DNA from: Candidatus Yonathbacteria bacterium RIFOXYD1_FULL_52_36
GTDB lineage: Bacteria; Patescibacteriota; Minisyncoccia; Phycocordibacterales; UBA1539_B
DNA length: 32,370 nucleotides
Direction of reading: 5' to 3'
NCBI GenBank assembly: GCA_001823605.1
Contig: MHUZ01000012.1
Coordinates: 1 to 32,370 of the forward strand
Positions 16,579 to 24,774 of the stretch are shown in pieces. Position 1 is the first letter of the stretch, and each line of letters starts with the position of its first letter. Position numbers and translations under genes: made by a program. Under the pieces are notes generated by a model. That model had not been told where the DNA came from. It saw only the letters and a program-made list of their open reading frames with translations, and ran no database searches.

Positions 16579-19008
16579 TTACTGGATCGTCTGTGAGTGG
16601 CGACGCTCCTCATAGATCCTGCGTCGTGAATTCTGGATCGAGACGATCAAGAATACAATGATGAGGATGAGGATGAGCAAGATGAACCACTCGATCACGG
16701 TGTCCGGAAAGAATCCGAGCCCGATGAGACTTGCGCTGAGTGCGTTTGCGCGACCATCGGTCACGGTGTGGATCGCATAAGCGATCGCATCACCCTGCGT
16801 GTTCGTGCGCGTGTCGGTGTACACCAGGACCACGCTCGTCACCAACACTTTGCCAATCGCCGTGTCGGGAAGCACACATGCTTCCACGGTCACCTCGCCC
16901 GTTGCTCCCGGCAAAAGTTCGCCGAGCACCACGGTGAGGATATTTTCTTTCGTTGAGAAACTGCCGCGTGATGAACCAAGGTACTGCATTTCTTGCGGAA
17001 GCATTACGCGAAGCACTGAGTCAGTGAGACGTACGTTTCCTTTGTTCTCGTAGCGGATCACATACGTGATGCAATCATTTACGAATACCTGTTCGCGGAG
17101 TCCGATGATCGAGATCTCGATCGGTGATGTTACGCCCGTTCCTACGGTGCGTACAATGACCTGCGGCTCACGAATGGTGATGACGCGCGGTGGCTCTTGT
17201 ACAATAACCGGCGGCTGATAGATCACGGTCTGTCCTGATGTCGTGAACGAGAGTACTGATCCGCGACTCGTACCATACGAGTTCTGCGCAACAGCGCGGA
17301 AGTAGTACGTGGTGTTCGGAGCAAGACCGGTGATGGTTTCCGAGAACGCGATCGATGACTGCGTACCGATGTAGCGCGACGGCGTCGTGTTGCCGAGAAG
17401 TCCTGAGGTTACACCCCACTCGAACCATGCGTTCGTTGAAATGTTGCCGGTGATAAGTGCCAAGCCGTTGAGCTTGCCTGATGTCTGAGTGACGGTCGTC
17501 GCAAGGTTCGTTATCGCGGTCGGGGTAGTCCCCTGTCCATACCCGCTGCCCGTAGTGAAGGATAGTGTACTTCCGTATGCCGTACCGTACGAGTTCTGCG
17601 CGGCTGCGCGGAAGTAGTACGTAGTGTTCGGCTGAAGACCTGAGATCGTTTCACTGAAGTCTCCTGCGTACGATCCTTGCGTGATACGCGTTGTCTGGTT
17701 GCCCAAACTGTACGATGTACCCCACTCGAACCAACGCGTTGTGTTGTATGAGTATCCGCCGTATGAAACGTTCGGATTCACATAACCGTTCAACGTTGCA
17801 TAGTTCTCACTGATGTTTGTTGCTGGCTTCGTTGTTACTCCAGGCGCCTGGTTTGCACCTCCGCCTGTCGTCGTGAAACTAAGAACACTGCCATACACCG
17901 TGCCGGCCGAGTTTTGCGCGGCTGCGCGGAAGTAGTACGTGGTGTTCGGAGCCAACCCAGATACAGACGAACTGAATTCTCCGTCGTATGACTGATTGAA
18001 GCGTGTCGTCTGATTGCCGAGAGAGTATGACGTCCCCCACTCGAACCAGCGCGTTACATCGCTCGTGCTGTTGGTCGTAAGGTACCCGCGAAGCGTTGCG
18101 GAATTTTCAAGAATGTTCGTGGCTGGATTCGTGGTAACTGACGGAAGTTGATTGTATGAACCGCCCGTCGTAGTGAAGCTCATGATCGAGCCGTACGCCA
18201 TGGTACCGGCCGAGTTTTGCGCAACAGCGCGGTAGTGATATGTCGTGTTTGGCGCAAGACCCGAGAGGTATTTGCTGAAGGCTCCAGATGAGTACTGCGA
18301 GGTGTGGGTCGTCTCACTTCCCAGCGAAGACGATGTCCCCCACTCGAACCAACGCTGCGTATTGTTGGTGTCAGTCGTGAGGTGTCCATTGAGTGTCGCG
18401 GAGTAAGTGTCGATGTTCGTGGCAGCATTGGTCGTTACGGAAAGTGTTCCACCCGATGAAGCATTCCCTACCAAGAAGTGTACGACGAGCGAACCTTGCG
18501 TTGCCCATCCGCACTCGATGTTGCCGATATTGACCCCGGTTGTGAAAAGTTCTTCACCGGTCTGTCCCTGCGGAAGCGACGTAACGCTTCCCTGCTGGTT
18601 CGGATACCAATACACGCGTCCCGGAATAAAGGTGAGCGTCTGTGAGCTCGAGAGTGTCACAGATGCATTTCCGTGTACCGAAGATGCATTGTCCGCAGAA
18701 ACGGTCGCGGTGAATGAATGCGTGGTGCCGTTTCCGGTCGTGCGCGGCGAAAGTTTGATGCGCACGTTTTGTGCGGTCGGATCCGTGGTGTTGTGATAAT
18801 AGACACTGAGCGCAACCACCTGCCCTGCGCTTGCAGACGTCGAAGATGACCAGCTGGTGGTCGATCCCGGGTTCTGTGTGTAGTTCGCGGCACGAAGCGT
18901 GGCGAAGTCTTGCGGGTCGTTGTTGAGCGACGCAGCAAATGCACCCTGCGGGAAAAATACCGCAAGGGAAAGGAAGACCGCTCCGACTGATTTAATAATT
19001 TTTTTCAT
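16579..19008 (-). CDS. Large surface protein: signal peptide, Ig-like domain, four Fn3 repeats, DUF11-like domain, C-terminal TM anchor
   Basis: AFA-A signal; 4x WFEWG...GL.PNTTY..RA.AQNS.GT..GS..SFTT; ITYVIRYENKG; hydrophobic tail followed by RRR. Confidence 0.85.
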   Translation of the reverse strand: MKKIIKSVGAVFLSLAVFFPQGAFAASLNNDPQDFATLRAANYTQNPGSTTSWSSSTSASAGQVVALSVYYHNTTDPTAQNVRIKLSPRTTGNGTTHSFTATVSADNASSVHGNASVTLSSSQTLTFIPGRVYWYPNQQGSVTSLPQGQTGEELFTTGVNIGNIECGWATQGSLVVHFLVGNASSGGTLSVTTNAATNIDTYSATLNGHLTTDTNNTQRWFEWGTSSSLGSETTHTSQYSSGAFSKYLSGLAPNTTYHYRAVAQNSAGTMAYGSIMSFTTTGGSYNQLPSVTTNPATNILENSATLRGYLTTNSTSDVTRWFEWGTSYSLGNQTTRFNQSYDGEFSSSVSGLAPNTTYYFRAAAQNSAGTVYGSVLSFTTTGGGANQAPGVTTKPATNISENYATLNGYVNPNVSYGGYSYNTTRWFEWGTSYSLGNQTTRITQGSYAGDFSETISGLQPNTTYYFRAAAQNSYGTAYGSTLSFTTGSGYGQGTTPTAITNLATTVTQTSGKLNGLALITGNISTNAWFEWGVTSGLLGNTTPSRYIGTQSSIAFSETITGLAPNTTYYFRAVAQNSYGTSRGSVLSFTTSGQTVIYQPPVIVQEPPRVITIREPQVIVRTVGTGVTSPIEISIIGLREQVFVNDCITYVIRYENKGNVRLTDSVLRVMLPQEMQYLGSSRGSFSTKENILTVVLGELLPGATGEVTVEACVLPDTAIGKVLVTSVVLVYTDTRTNTQGDAIAYAIHTVTDGRANALSASLIGLGFFPDTVIEWFILLILILIIVFLIVSIQNSRRRIYEERRHSQTIQ

Positions 19009-19133
19009 ACGACAGTTCTAAAACTTAATAAATTGCCTACTCATCTTTAAACCTTCAACACGACGGGGTTGAAGACTTAAGAATGAGCACCGAGCGAACG
19101 AACGTGAAGTTCGTTGCTCGATGCCAAATGGTG

Positions 19134-20267
19134 CTACTGCCACCCAGTTGATATTTCGCGCGGATGGCCGAAGTAATCACACCCCGCACCGACGCATTCA
19201 CTACTACCTGTTGGTGGACTCCTCGGATACCCAGGATTGTTGCAGTTGTTACCCACACAATCATCAGGACCAGTCGGCGGATCTGCCGGTCTGCCACCGC
19301 CACCGCAATTACGGCACGGGGGTGGAGGAGACGGTGGTCGATGGCGAGGACGATTGTTCCATTGACGGTTGTCGACATTGATTCGATGATCGTCACGATA
19401 ACTGCGGTGATCATCATAAGATCGACGATTGTCGTAACGGCGGTTGTCCCGAGAGCTATAGTCATTAAAGCTCCCGTTAATGCTGTGATCGTCGGAATAA
19501 TAGCGATCGCCGCTAAAACCGACGCCCACACCATACGCAACACCGGCAACATCTAACCCGCCATAGTACTCGTCGTACACCGGCTCACTCTCGACATAGA
19601 CCGGACGGTCTATGTACACCGGTCTTTCCACAACCTGTACCTCTGTACGGTACTCAACGCGTGGAGCCGGTGCGGTTTCTCTCATTCCATCATCCCGACT
19701 ACGTAAGTCGGCAATAGGATTGAGACACCACAGCGATCCAATATACGCACCCTCAAACAGTAGTGCGTCCTCCGTGCTCCCACTAGTGTGGGTGTATGGA
19801 TGGCGGGTAATTTCCTTGAAGCCGCCATTTGGACACACGCCGTCGGTAGAGATCTCACCCTTGCGCCACGAAGCCTTTACGACCTGCGCGGCGTTAATCG
19901 CATCGATCACCATCGCATCGGTGACCTCGCGACCGAACGTGCGAGACATCGCATTCCGATAGCGCGCCATCTTTTCGGGGCTACCTTGCAGCAGAGCAAT
20001 GAGCTCCGCCTTCGAGTAGGGGTTCCCCATTTTATACGGCGCGAACGGCTGAGCCTTCGTTTTCGGACAATCGTCCTGCATGGTGTGTGTAATCGGAACC
20101 GGCTCCCGTACTTCGGGACTGATCGCAACAGCACGGTCATTCACAGGAGCAACAACGTTTGTGCTCCTGTAGACTACCGGCTCGCGAGCATGATACCCAT
20201 ACGGTGTTGCACACCCCGTGAGCACCAATGCCAGAAATCCTAGCGCTACTATCCTGTAAAAGAACAT
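19134..20267 (-). CDS. Hypothetical lipoprotein with a low-complexity Asp/Arg/Tyr region and a Cys/Gly/Pro-rich tail
   Basis: Lipobox LVLTG-C; AAGGAGG SD; TTGACT-N17-TATAAT promoter at ~20356-20384. Confidence 0.75.
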   Translation of the reverse strand: MFFYRIVALGFLALVLTGCATPYGYHAREPVVYRSTNVVAPVNDRAVAISPEVREPVPITHTMQDDCPKTKAQPFAPYKMGNPYSKAELIALLQGSPEKMARYRNAMSRTFGREVTDAMVIDAINAAQVVKASWRKGEISTDGVCPNGGFKEITRHPYTHTSGSTEDALLFEGAYIGSLWCLNPIADLRSRDDGMRETAPAPRVEYRTEVQVVERPVYIDRPVYVESEPVYDEYYGGLDVAGVAYGVGVGFSGDRYYSDDHSINGSFNDYSSRDNRRYDNRRSYDDHRSYRDDHRINVDNRQWNNRPRHRPPSPPPPCRNCGGGGRPADPPTGPDDCVGNNCNNPGYPRSPPTGSSECVGAGCDYFGHPREISTGWQ

Positions 20268-20370
20268 GGGACCTCCTTCCGGCTCCTCGCCGGTCTATAA
20301 TCATGAAAACCTATTGAAAGGGAACAACTGATGAAGCAAGTCCTTATTTATTAGTATTATATCACTTCCA

Positions 20371-20406
20371 CAAAAAAAAGTCAACCCCTTGGGGCTGACT
20401 TTTTTT
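20371..20406 (-). terminator. Terminator whose stem contains the -35 box of the next gene
   Basis: aaaaaaaaagtcaacccc-tt-ggggctgacttttttt. Confidence 0.75.
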
Positions 20407-20443
20407 ATACCTAAAAATTAGACTTTTACCTGCGCTGGTAACG

Positions 20444-21172
20444 CTATGCGATCACCATTCCGCCTTCTTCGCGCTTCCTTCGTGAAGCTTCATGTGCGGC
20501 GCTTATGTTCATGAACGCAGCGGCGATGGCAAGTGCGATTGCAACGAGGATCAGAAATATCGTAAGTCCTCCAACTCCACCGTCGCTCTGTGCGGCATTC
20601 GCCGTGAGTGCGCCGGCACTCACACTTGCGGTGGTTGTGGCGCAGTCATCGTCTTTGTCAGTCGAGACGGCGGTCGTCTTTGTGGTCGTAGTTTTTGATG
20701 ATGCGGTTGAAGATGTTTTTGCGGCAGTAGCAGTTTGCGTGCTTCCGACCGCTGAAGGAGTATTGCTGTTTTGGGTTGCGGTGCTTACTACCGGCGCACT
20801 CTTTGTCGTGAATGAGAGCGTTTCACCATAGCGGGTCTCACCCTTGCCGATCACCGCGATACGATAGTAGTACCGTGTGCCCTTCTTAAGGCCGGTGAGG
20901 TTTTTGCTCTCGTTGTATTCATCCCAATATGTTTCAGATTGAGTTTGCTCGCCGAACGCCAATGTCTCACCCCACTCAAACCAAACGGTGGTTTTTTCCC
21001 AAGGAGCAAGGGCTGCATACCCGTTCAATTGCGCCCCTGTTTCAGTGATGTTCGTTGCGGGCATGGTCGTTGCAGTAAGGGTAGCAGTTGTCTCTGCCAA
21101 CGATACATGCGGAATAAGCGCAGCAAAAAGCACTGCGGCGATCAATGATTTAAATGTAAGTGTGTAATTCAT
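20444..21172 (-). CDS. Surface protein: signal peptide, single Fn3 domain, Thr/Ser stalk, C-terminal TM
   Basis: SLA-E signal; WFEWG...GLKKGTRYYYR...YGETLSFTT is homologous to the repeats in 16579-19008; TTGACA-N17-TACTAT promoter upstream. Confidence 0.8.
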   Translation of the reverse strand: MNYTLTFKSLIAAVLFAALIPHVSLAETTATLTATTMPATNITETGAQLNGYAALAPWEKTTVWFEWGETLAFGEQTQSETYWDEYNESKNLTGLKKGTRYYYRIAVIGKGETRYGETLSFTTKSAPVVSTATQNSNTPSAVGSTQTATAAKTSSTASSKTTTTKTTAVSTDKDDDCATTTASVSAGALTANAAQSDGGVGGLTIFLILVAIALAIAAAFMNISAAHEASRRKREEGGMVIA

Positions 21173-21251
21173 ATAGAGGTTTTGGGCTGACCAAGCACTG
21201 ATCAATAATGTATATATAGTACCATATATATAATATTTTGTCAAGCAAATA

Positions 21252-21287
21252 AAAAGGGCGTGGAGGTTTGATCCTCTCACGCCCTTT
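21252..21287 (-). terminator. Intrinsic terminator
   Basis: aaagggcgtg..agg-loop-cct..cacgcccttt with a T tract on the minus strand. Confidence 0.7.
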
Positions 21288-21301
21288 GGACTGCTTTGGC
21301 C

Positions 21302-21745
21302 TTAATCGCGATAATACCGCGCCTCTGGCCGCCATGGGTCATACTTTGGACGATAGTAGCCCGGGGCGACCTCTTGGCAGTCAAAGTTACGAGTCTCCCG
21401 GCAACGGTAACCATCATCATAGTAGTCGCCGTTGTCGTCGTAGTAACGGTCATCACGATACTGCGGCCGACCTTGGTACTGTTGACCGCCACCGCCTCTT
21501 GCTACGCGACTGATTGACTGGGTGTTTTGAGTAACCCCATTCAGAGCCATCATCGCACCCGCGCCAATTCCCGCAGCGCGCCCACTATCGCCGATGAGCA
21601 AGCCGGATATTCCGCCCACAATTGCGGCATTGGTATACCCTTGGATACTTCCCCGGGGATCGCCACGATAGCCATTCGGAGTGGCACAACCACTAAGAAC
21701 TGCTGTCATCACGACTAAAAACATTAACCCTTTTAACGTTTTCAT
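21302..21745 (-). CDS. Glycine-zipper lipoprotein with a Tyr/Asp/Arg-rich tail
   Basis: Lipobox VLSG-C; AAIVGGISGLLIGDSGRAAGIGAGA zipper; GAGGAG SD; TTGACA-N17-TACACT promoter. Confidence 0.75.
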   Translation of the reverse strand: MKTLKGLMFLVVMTAVLSGCATPNGYRGDPRGSIQGYTNAAIVGGISGLLIGDSGRAAGIGAGAMMALNGVTQNTQSISRVARGGGGQQYQGRPQYRDDRYYDDNGDYYDDGYRCRETRNFDCQEVAPGYYRPKYDPWRPEARYYRD

Positions 21746-21902
21746 GCTACGCTCCTCGGCCATTTTGGCCAAAAACTGTAAAATATCTTTATCTTGCAAG
21801 GATTTTTTCAAATCATTCAAGAACCTTCATCTGTGTACAGTGTATCACAAATCAATAGAAATGTCAAGTGCCCCATGCATGCACTTGACCTGATCGTCTT
21901 CC

Positions 21903-21938
21903 AAAAAAATAGGCGTGGGGACAAGATCCCCACGCCTT
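21903..21938 (-). terminator. Intrinsic terminator
   Basis: aggcgtgggga-caaga-tccccacgcct with an A tract on the left. Confidence 0.75.
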
Positions 21939-21985
21939 ATGTACTGAAAATGATGTGCAATTATTATGTACTACGCGAGGCGTTG

Positions 21986-22444
21986 TTACCAGTACCATCC
22001 ACCATAGTGCTCTTGTCGTGGTGCCCATGGGTCATAGACTGGCCGGTATCGGCCGGGGGAGTATTCGTGGTAGTAGCCACTATTGGTTTCCCAATTGCCA
22101 CGCGGACGGTCACGGTCGTAACCACCATGATGACGGGGCCGATAATGATCATTCCCACCACCCCATCTGTCGTCATAACGAGGTGGTCGACCATAATCGC
22201 GTCCACCACCGCCGCCATGACCAGAACCGCCGCCGTAACCACCACCCGAAGGACCGTTAGGTGGATTCACCGGACCGCCGCCGTAGTTGCCACAATTTTG
22301 ACAACCGCCGCCGTATCCGCTGCCGCCTCGGTCATTACCGCGCCAGTCGTTACCGCCCCAACCTCGCCCTCCTGCTTGCGCAGAAAGTGGGCCGAGTGCA
22401 ATGACCAGTGCAGCAATTACTGCCGCTATTTTGTTGGTTTTCAT
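21986..22444 (-). CDS. Secreted Gly/Arg/Tyr-rich low-complexity protein
   Basis: MKTNKIAAVIAALVIALGPLSAQA signal peptide; AAGGAAGG SD; Gly-rich mature chain. Confidence 0.75.
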   Translation of the reverse strand: MKTNKIAAVIAALVIALGPLSAQAGGRGWGGNDWRGNDRGGSGYGGGCQNCGNYGGGPVNPPNGPSGGGYGGGSGHGGGGGRDYGRPPRYDDRWGGGNDHYRPRHHGGYDRDRPRGNWETNSGYYHEYSPGRYRPVYDPWAPRQEHYGGWYW

Positions 22445-22628
22445 ACCACACCTTCCTTTCCCGCCATGCGGGAAGTTTGTTTTGGGGGAATTCCCTAAAA
22501 AGATGTAGTAGATGATGCGCCCGAGGGCGCACTGCCTCTCCGGCAGATCTGACATAGTTGTATAACAGAAACGATGAGTTGTCAATGAACTGCTCGTTCG
22601 CGTGCCATGATACAATTGCACATACGAT

Positions 22629-24317
22629 ATGCCGCAATTCGACGACCGCAAGCAAGATCAGGACCTCAAAGACATTCGCCTGCGCGAAGAAGAGAGTCTT
22701 GCCGAGCTTCTCTCACACAAGTACGGCATCCCCTATCTCAACACCTCGGGTGTCCCCATCGAAACAGAAGCGGTGGGTCTCATCAAGGAAGACGAAGCGC
22801 GTGCGGCACTTGTCGCTATCTTTTCAACCGGCGAGAACAAACAAGAAAAGGAACTGAATGTTGCCGTTGTTTCTCCTGAGGGCGCTGCCACCAAAGAACT
22901 TCTCGATCGTCTGCGTGAGCAGGGGTATCGCCTTTCCGTATCAATGGCATCGCACGCAAGTCTTGAGCGCGTGTGGGACCGCTACCATGATATTTCAAAC
23001 ACGTCCCGTACCGACGCAGGAGTGCTTGATGTTTCGAGCGAAGAACTCGCACGCCTTTCAGGAAACGTAAAGACAGCAGACGACATCAAGACGCTTTTGG
23101 AAGAGACACTCGCTCAAAAAAACGTGCACCACATCTCAAAAGTGCTCGAGGTGATGCTCGCCGGCGCAATTGCGATCAAGGCTTCCGATATTCACATTGA
23201 GCCGGAAGAAGTGAATGTACGTCTGCGCTATCGTCTTGACGGTGTTCTCCACGACATTGCGATGATCGACCACAAGACGTACAAGCTTGCGCTTTCCCGC
23301 CTAAAATTGCTCTCGGGGCTCAAGCTCAATGTTTCTGCCGACACCCAAGATGGTCGTTTCAGTATTAAATTGGGCGATGTCGACATCGAGATCCGTACCT
23401 CGATCCTTCCTTCTGCGTATGGCGAAGGCATCGTAATGCGTATCTTAAACCCTGAGTCCATCAAGGTGACGCTCGATCAACTGGGTATCGAGCCGACACT
23501 GCTTGAGATCTTGCTTCGCGAGATCACCAAACCGAACGGCATGATCCTCACCACGGGACCAACAGGATCCGGAAAAACCACGACACTCTATGCATTCTTG
23601 CGAAAGATCTACTCGCCTGAGATCAAGGTCGTTACCATCGAAGATCCGATCGAATACCACCTTGCCGGCATCTCGCAGACCCAAGTGAACGAAGGGAGCA
23701 ACTACACGTTCCTCTCAGGGCTCCGCGCAGCACTTCGCCAAGATCCGGACGTTATCATGGTTGGAGAAATTCGTGATAGTGAGACCGCGCAGATCGCGAT
23801 CAACGCATCACTCACGGGACACCTCGTGCTTTCAACACTTCACACCAACAACGCCGCCGGTACGATCCCACGTCTTATTGATCTCAAAGTGAACCCCAAA
23901 GTTATTGGCTCTGCACTTTCGGTCTCGATCGCACAGCGTCTTTTGCGCCGGCTCTGCTCCTCATGCAAAACCGAAAGCACGCCCACTGAAGAAGAGCGTG
24001 CCACGATCGGGCGCATCTTAAAGGGTGTCATGCAGAAAAAAGGAGCAGTGCCCGAAATTGGCAACCTCTCCATTGCAAAGGGGTGTGTGGTCTGTAACGG
24101 ATCAGGATACAAAGGCCGTGTAGGCATTTACGAAGCGATCCTTATTGATGAGGCCATTGAAAAATTGATCGCCGAAAACCCTAGCGAGCGTGAGATCAAA
24201 GAAGCCGCAATCCCCCAGGGTATCCTCGATATGCGCGAAGACGGTATCGTAAAGATCCTTGCGGGCATGACGTCGTTCGAGGAGTTGTCGCGAACAATCG
24301 ATCTGGACGAACGTTAA
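22629..24317 (+). CDS. pilB: Type IV pilus assembly ATPase (PilB/GspE family)
   Basis: ASDIHIEP, GPTGSGKTTT, TIEDPIEY, LRQDPDVIMVGEIRD, TGHLVLSTLHTN, CSSC...CVVC zinc motif. Confidence 0.92.
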   Translation: MPQFDDRKQDQDLKDIRLREEESLAELLSHKYGIPYLNTSGVPIETEAVGLIKEDEARAALVAIFSTGENKQEKELNVAVVSPEGAATKELLDRLREQGYRLSVSMASHASLERVWDRYHDISNTSRTDAGVLDVSSEELARLSGNVKTADDIKTLLEETLAQKNVHHISKVLEVMLAGAIAIKASDIHIEPEEVNVRLRYRLDGVLHDIAMIDHKTYKLALSRLKLLSGLKLNVSADTQDGRFSIKLGDVDIEIRTSILPSAYGEGIVMRILNPESIKVTLDQLGIEPTLLEILLREITKPNGMILTTGPTGSGKTTTLYAFLRKIYSPEIKVVTIEDPIEYHLAGISQTQVNEGSNYTFLSGLRAALRQDPDVIMVGEIRDSETAQIAINASLTGHLVLSTLHTNNAAGTIPRLIDLKVNPKVIGSALSVSIAQRLLRRLCSSCKTESTPTEEERATIGRILKGVMQKKGAVPEIGNLSIAKGCVVCNGSGYKGRVGIYEAILIDEAIEKLIAENPSEREIKEAAIPQGILDMREDGIVKILAGMTSFEELSRTIDLDER

Positions 24318-24329
24318 AAATAGAACAGA

Positions 24330-24383
24330 AAAAGGCGCTGAGTTGATGATACTGTGCACAGTATCATCAACTCAGCGCCTTTT
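24330..24383. terminator. Perfect 54-bp palindrome, probably a bidirectional terminator
   Basis: aaaaggcgctgagttgatgatactgtg|cacagtatcatcaactcagcgcctttt. Confidence 0.8.
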
Positions 24384-24671
24384 GAATCGAGCACATAAAC
24401 CTCTGAGCGATCCTTTTCATACAAGTACGAAAAGGTAGAGGCCTTTTTAAGGATAACCCCAGAATGATTCTTGCGAACCATCCAGAATGTCCTCAAAAAA
24501 CATCAGTAAGCCCGGGAGGACTTAATCGCTTAGAGGTTTATATGCTGGATTTCAATGTGCGTACTACCATAAGCAGTGCCGTGCTCCCCGAATTTTCGAA
24601 AAAAGAAACTGCCACCCTATGATGAGGGTGCATCTCTTTTTTTGAGAGGAGCTCCTGACCTACGCGCTTAT
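24330..24671 (-). ncRNA. Candidate multi-stem ncRNA (~340 nt), class unknown
   Basis: Own promoter at 24678-24706; 22-nt closing stem 24390-24411/24525-24546; GCAA-capped hairpin; several more helices; no credible ORF. Confidence 0.55.
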
Positions 24672-24677
24672 ATTGGT

Positions 24678-24706
24678 ATCTTAGCATAAAAGAAAAATTA
24701 TGTCAA
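24678..24706 (-). promoter_or_regulatory. Near-consensus sigma70 promoter pointing into a non-coding region
   Basis: TTGACA-N17-TAAGAT with an extended -10 TG. Confidence 0.7.
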
Positions 24707-24774
24707 CCCCCTCCCCAAAAGGGGCGCGATACCCTCCCTCCACGGTCTCCCATTTCTAGCGTATACTAAGAATC

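Noticed and set aside
17200..18450. CRISPR-like periodic repeats (ccactcgaacca)
   Set aside because: Period is ~300 bp and in frame; these encode the WFEWG Fn3 repeats.
21794..22498. 234-aa plus-strand Thr/Ala/Val-rich ORF and other alternative frames over the Gly-rich genes
   Set aside because: The minus-strand frames have signal peptides, SDs, promoters, terminators and shared motifs.
24314..24496. 60-aa minus-strand ORF
   Set aside because: TTG start without SD, runs through the palindrome, no protein-like features; RNA structure explains the region better.
24480..24520. Hammerhead ribozyme (CTGATG on the minus strand)
   Set aside because: The core is CUGAUGU rather than CUGAnGA, and no correctly placed GAAA/NUH is present.
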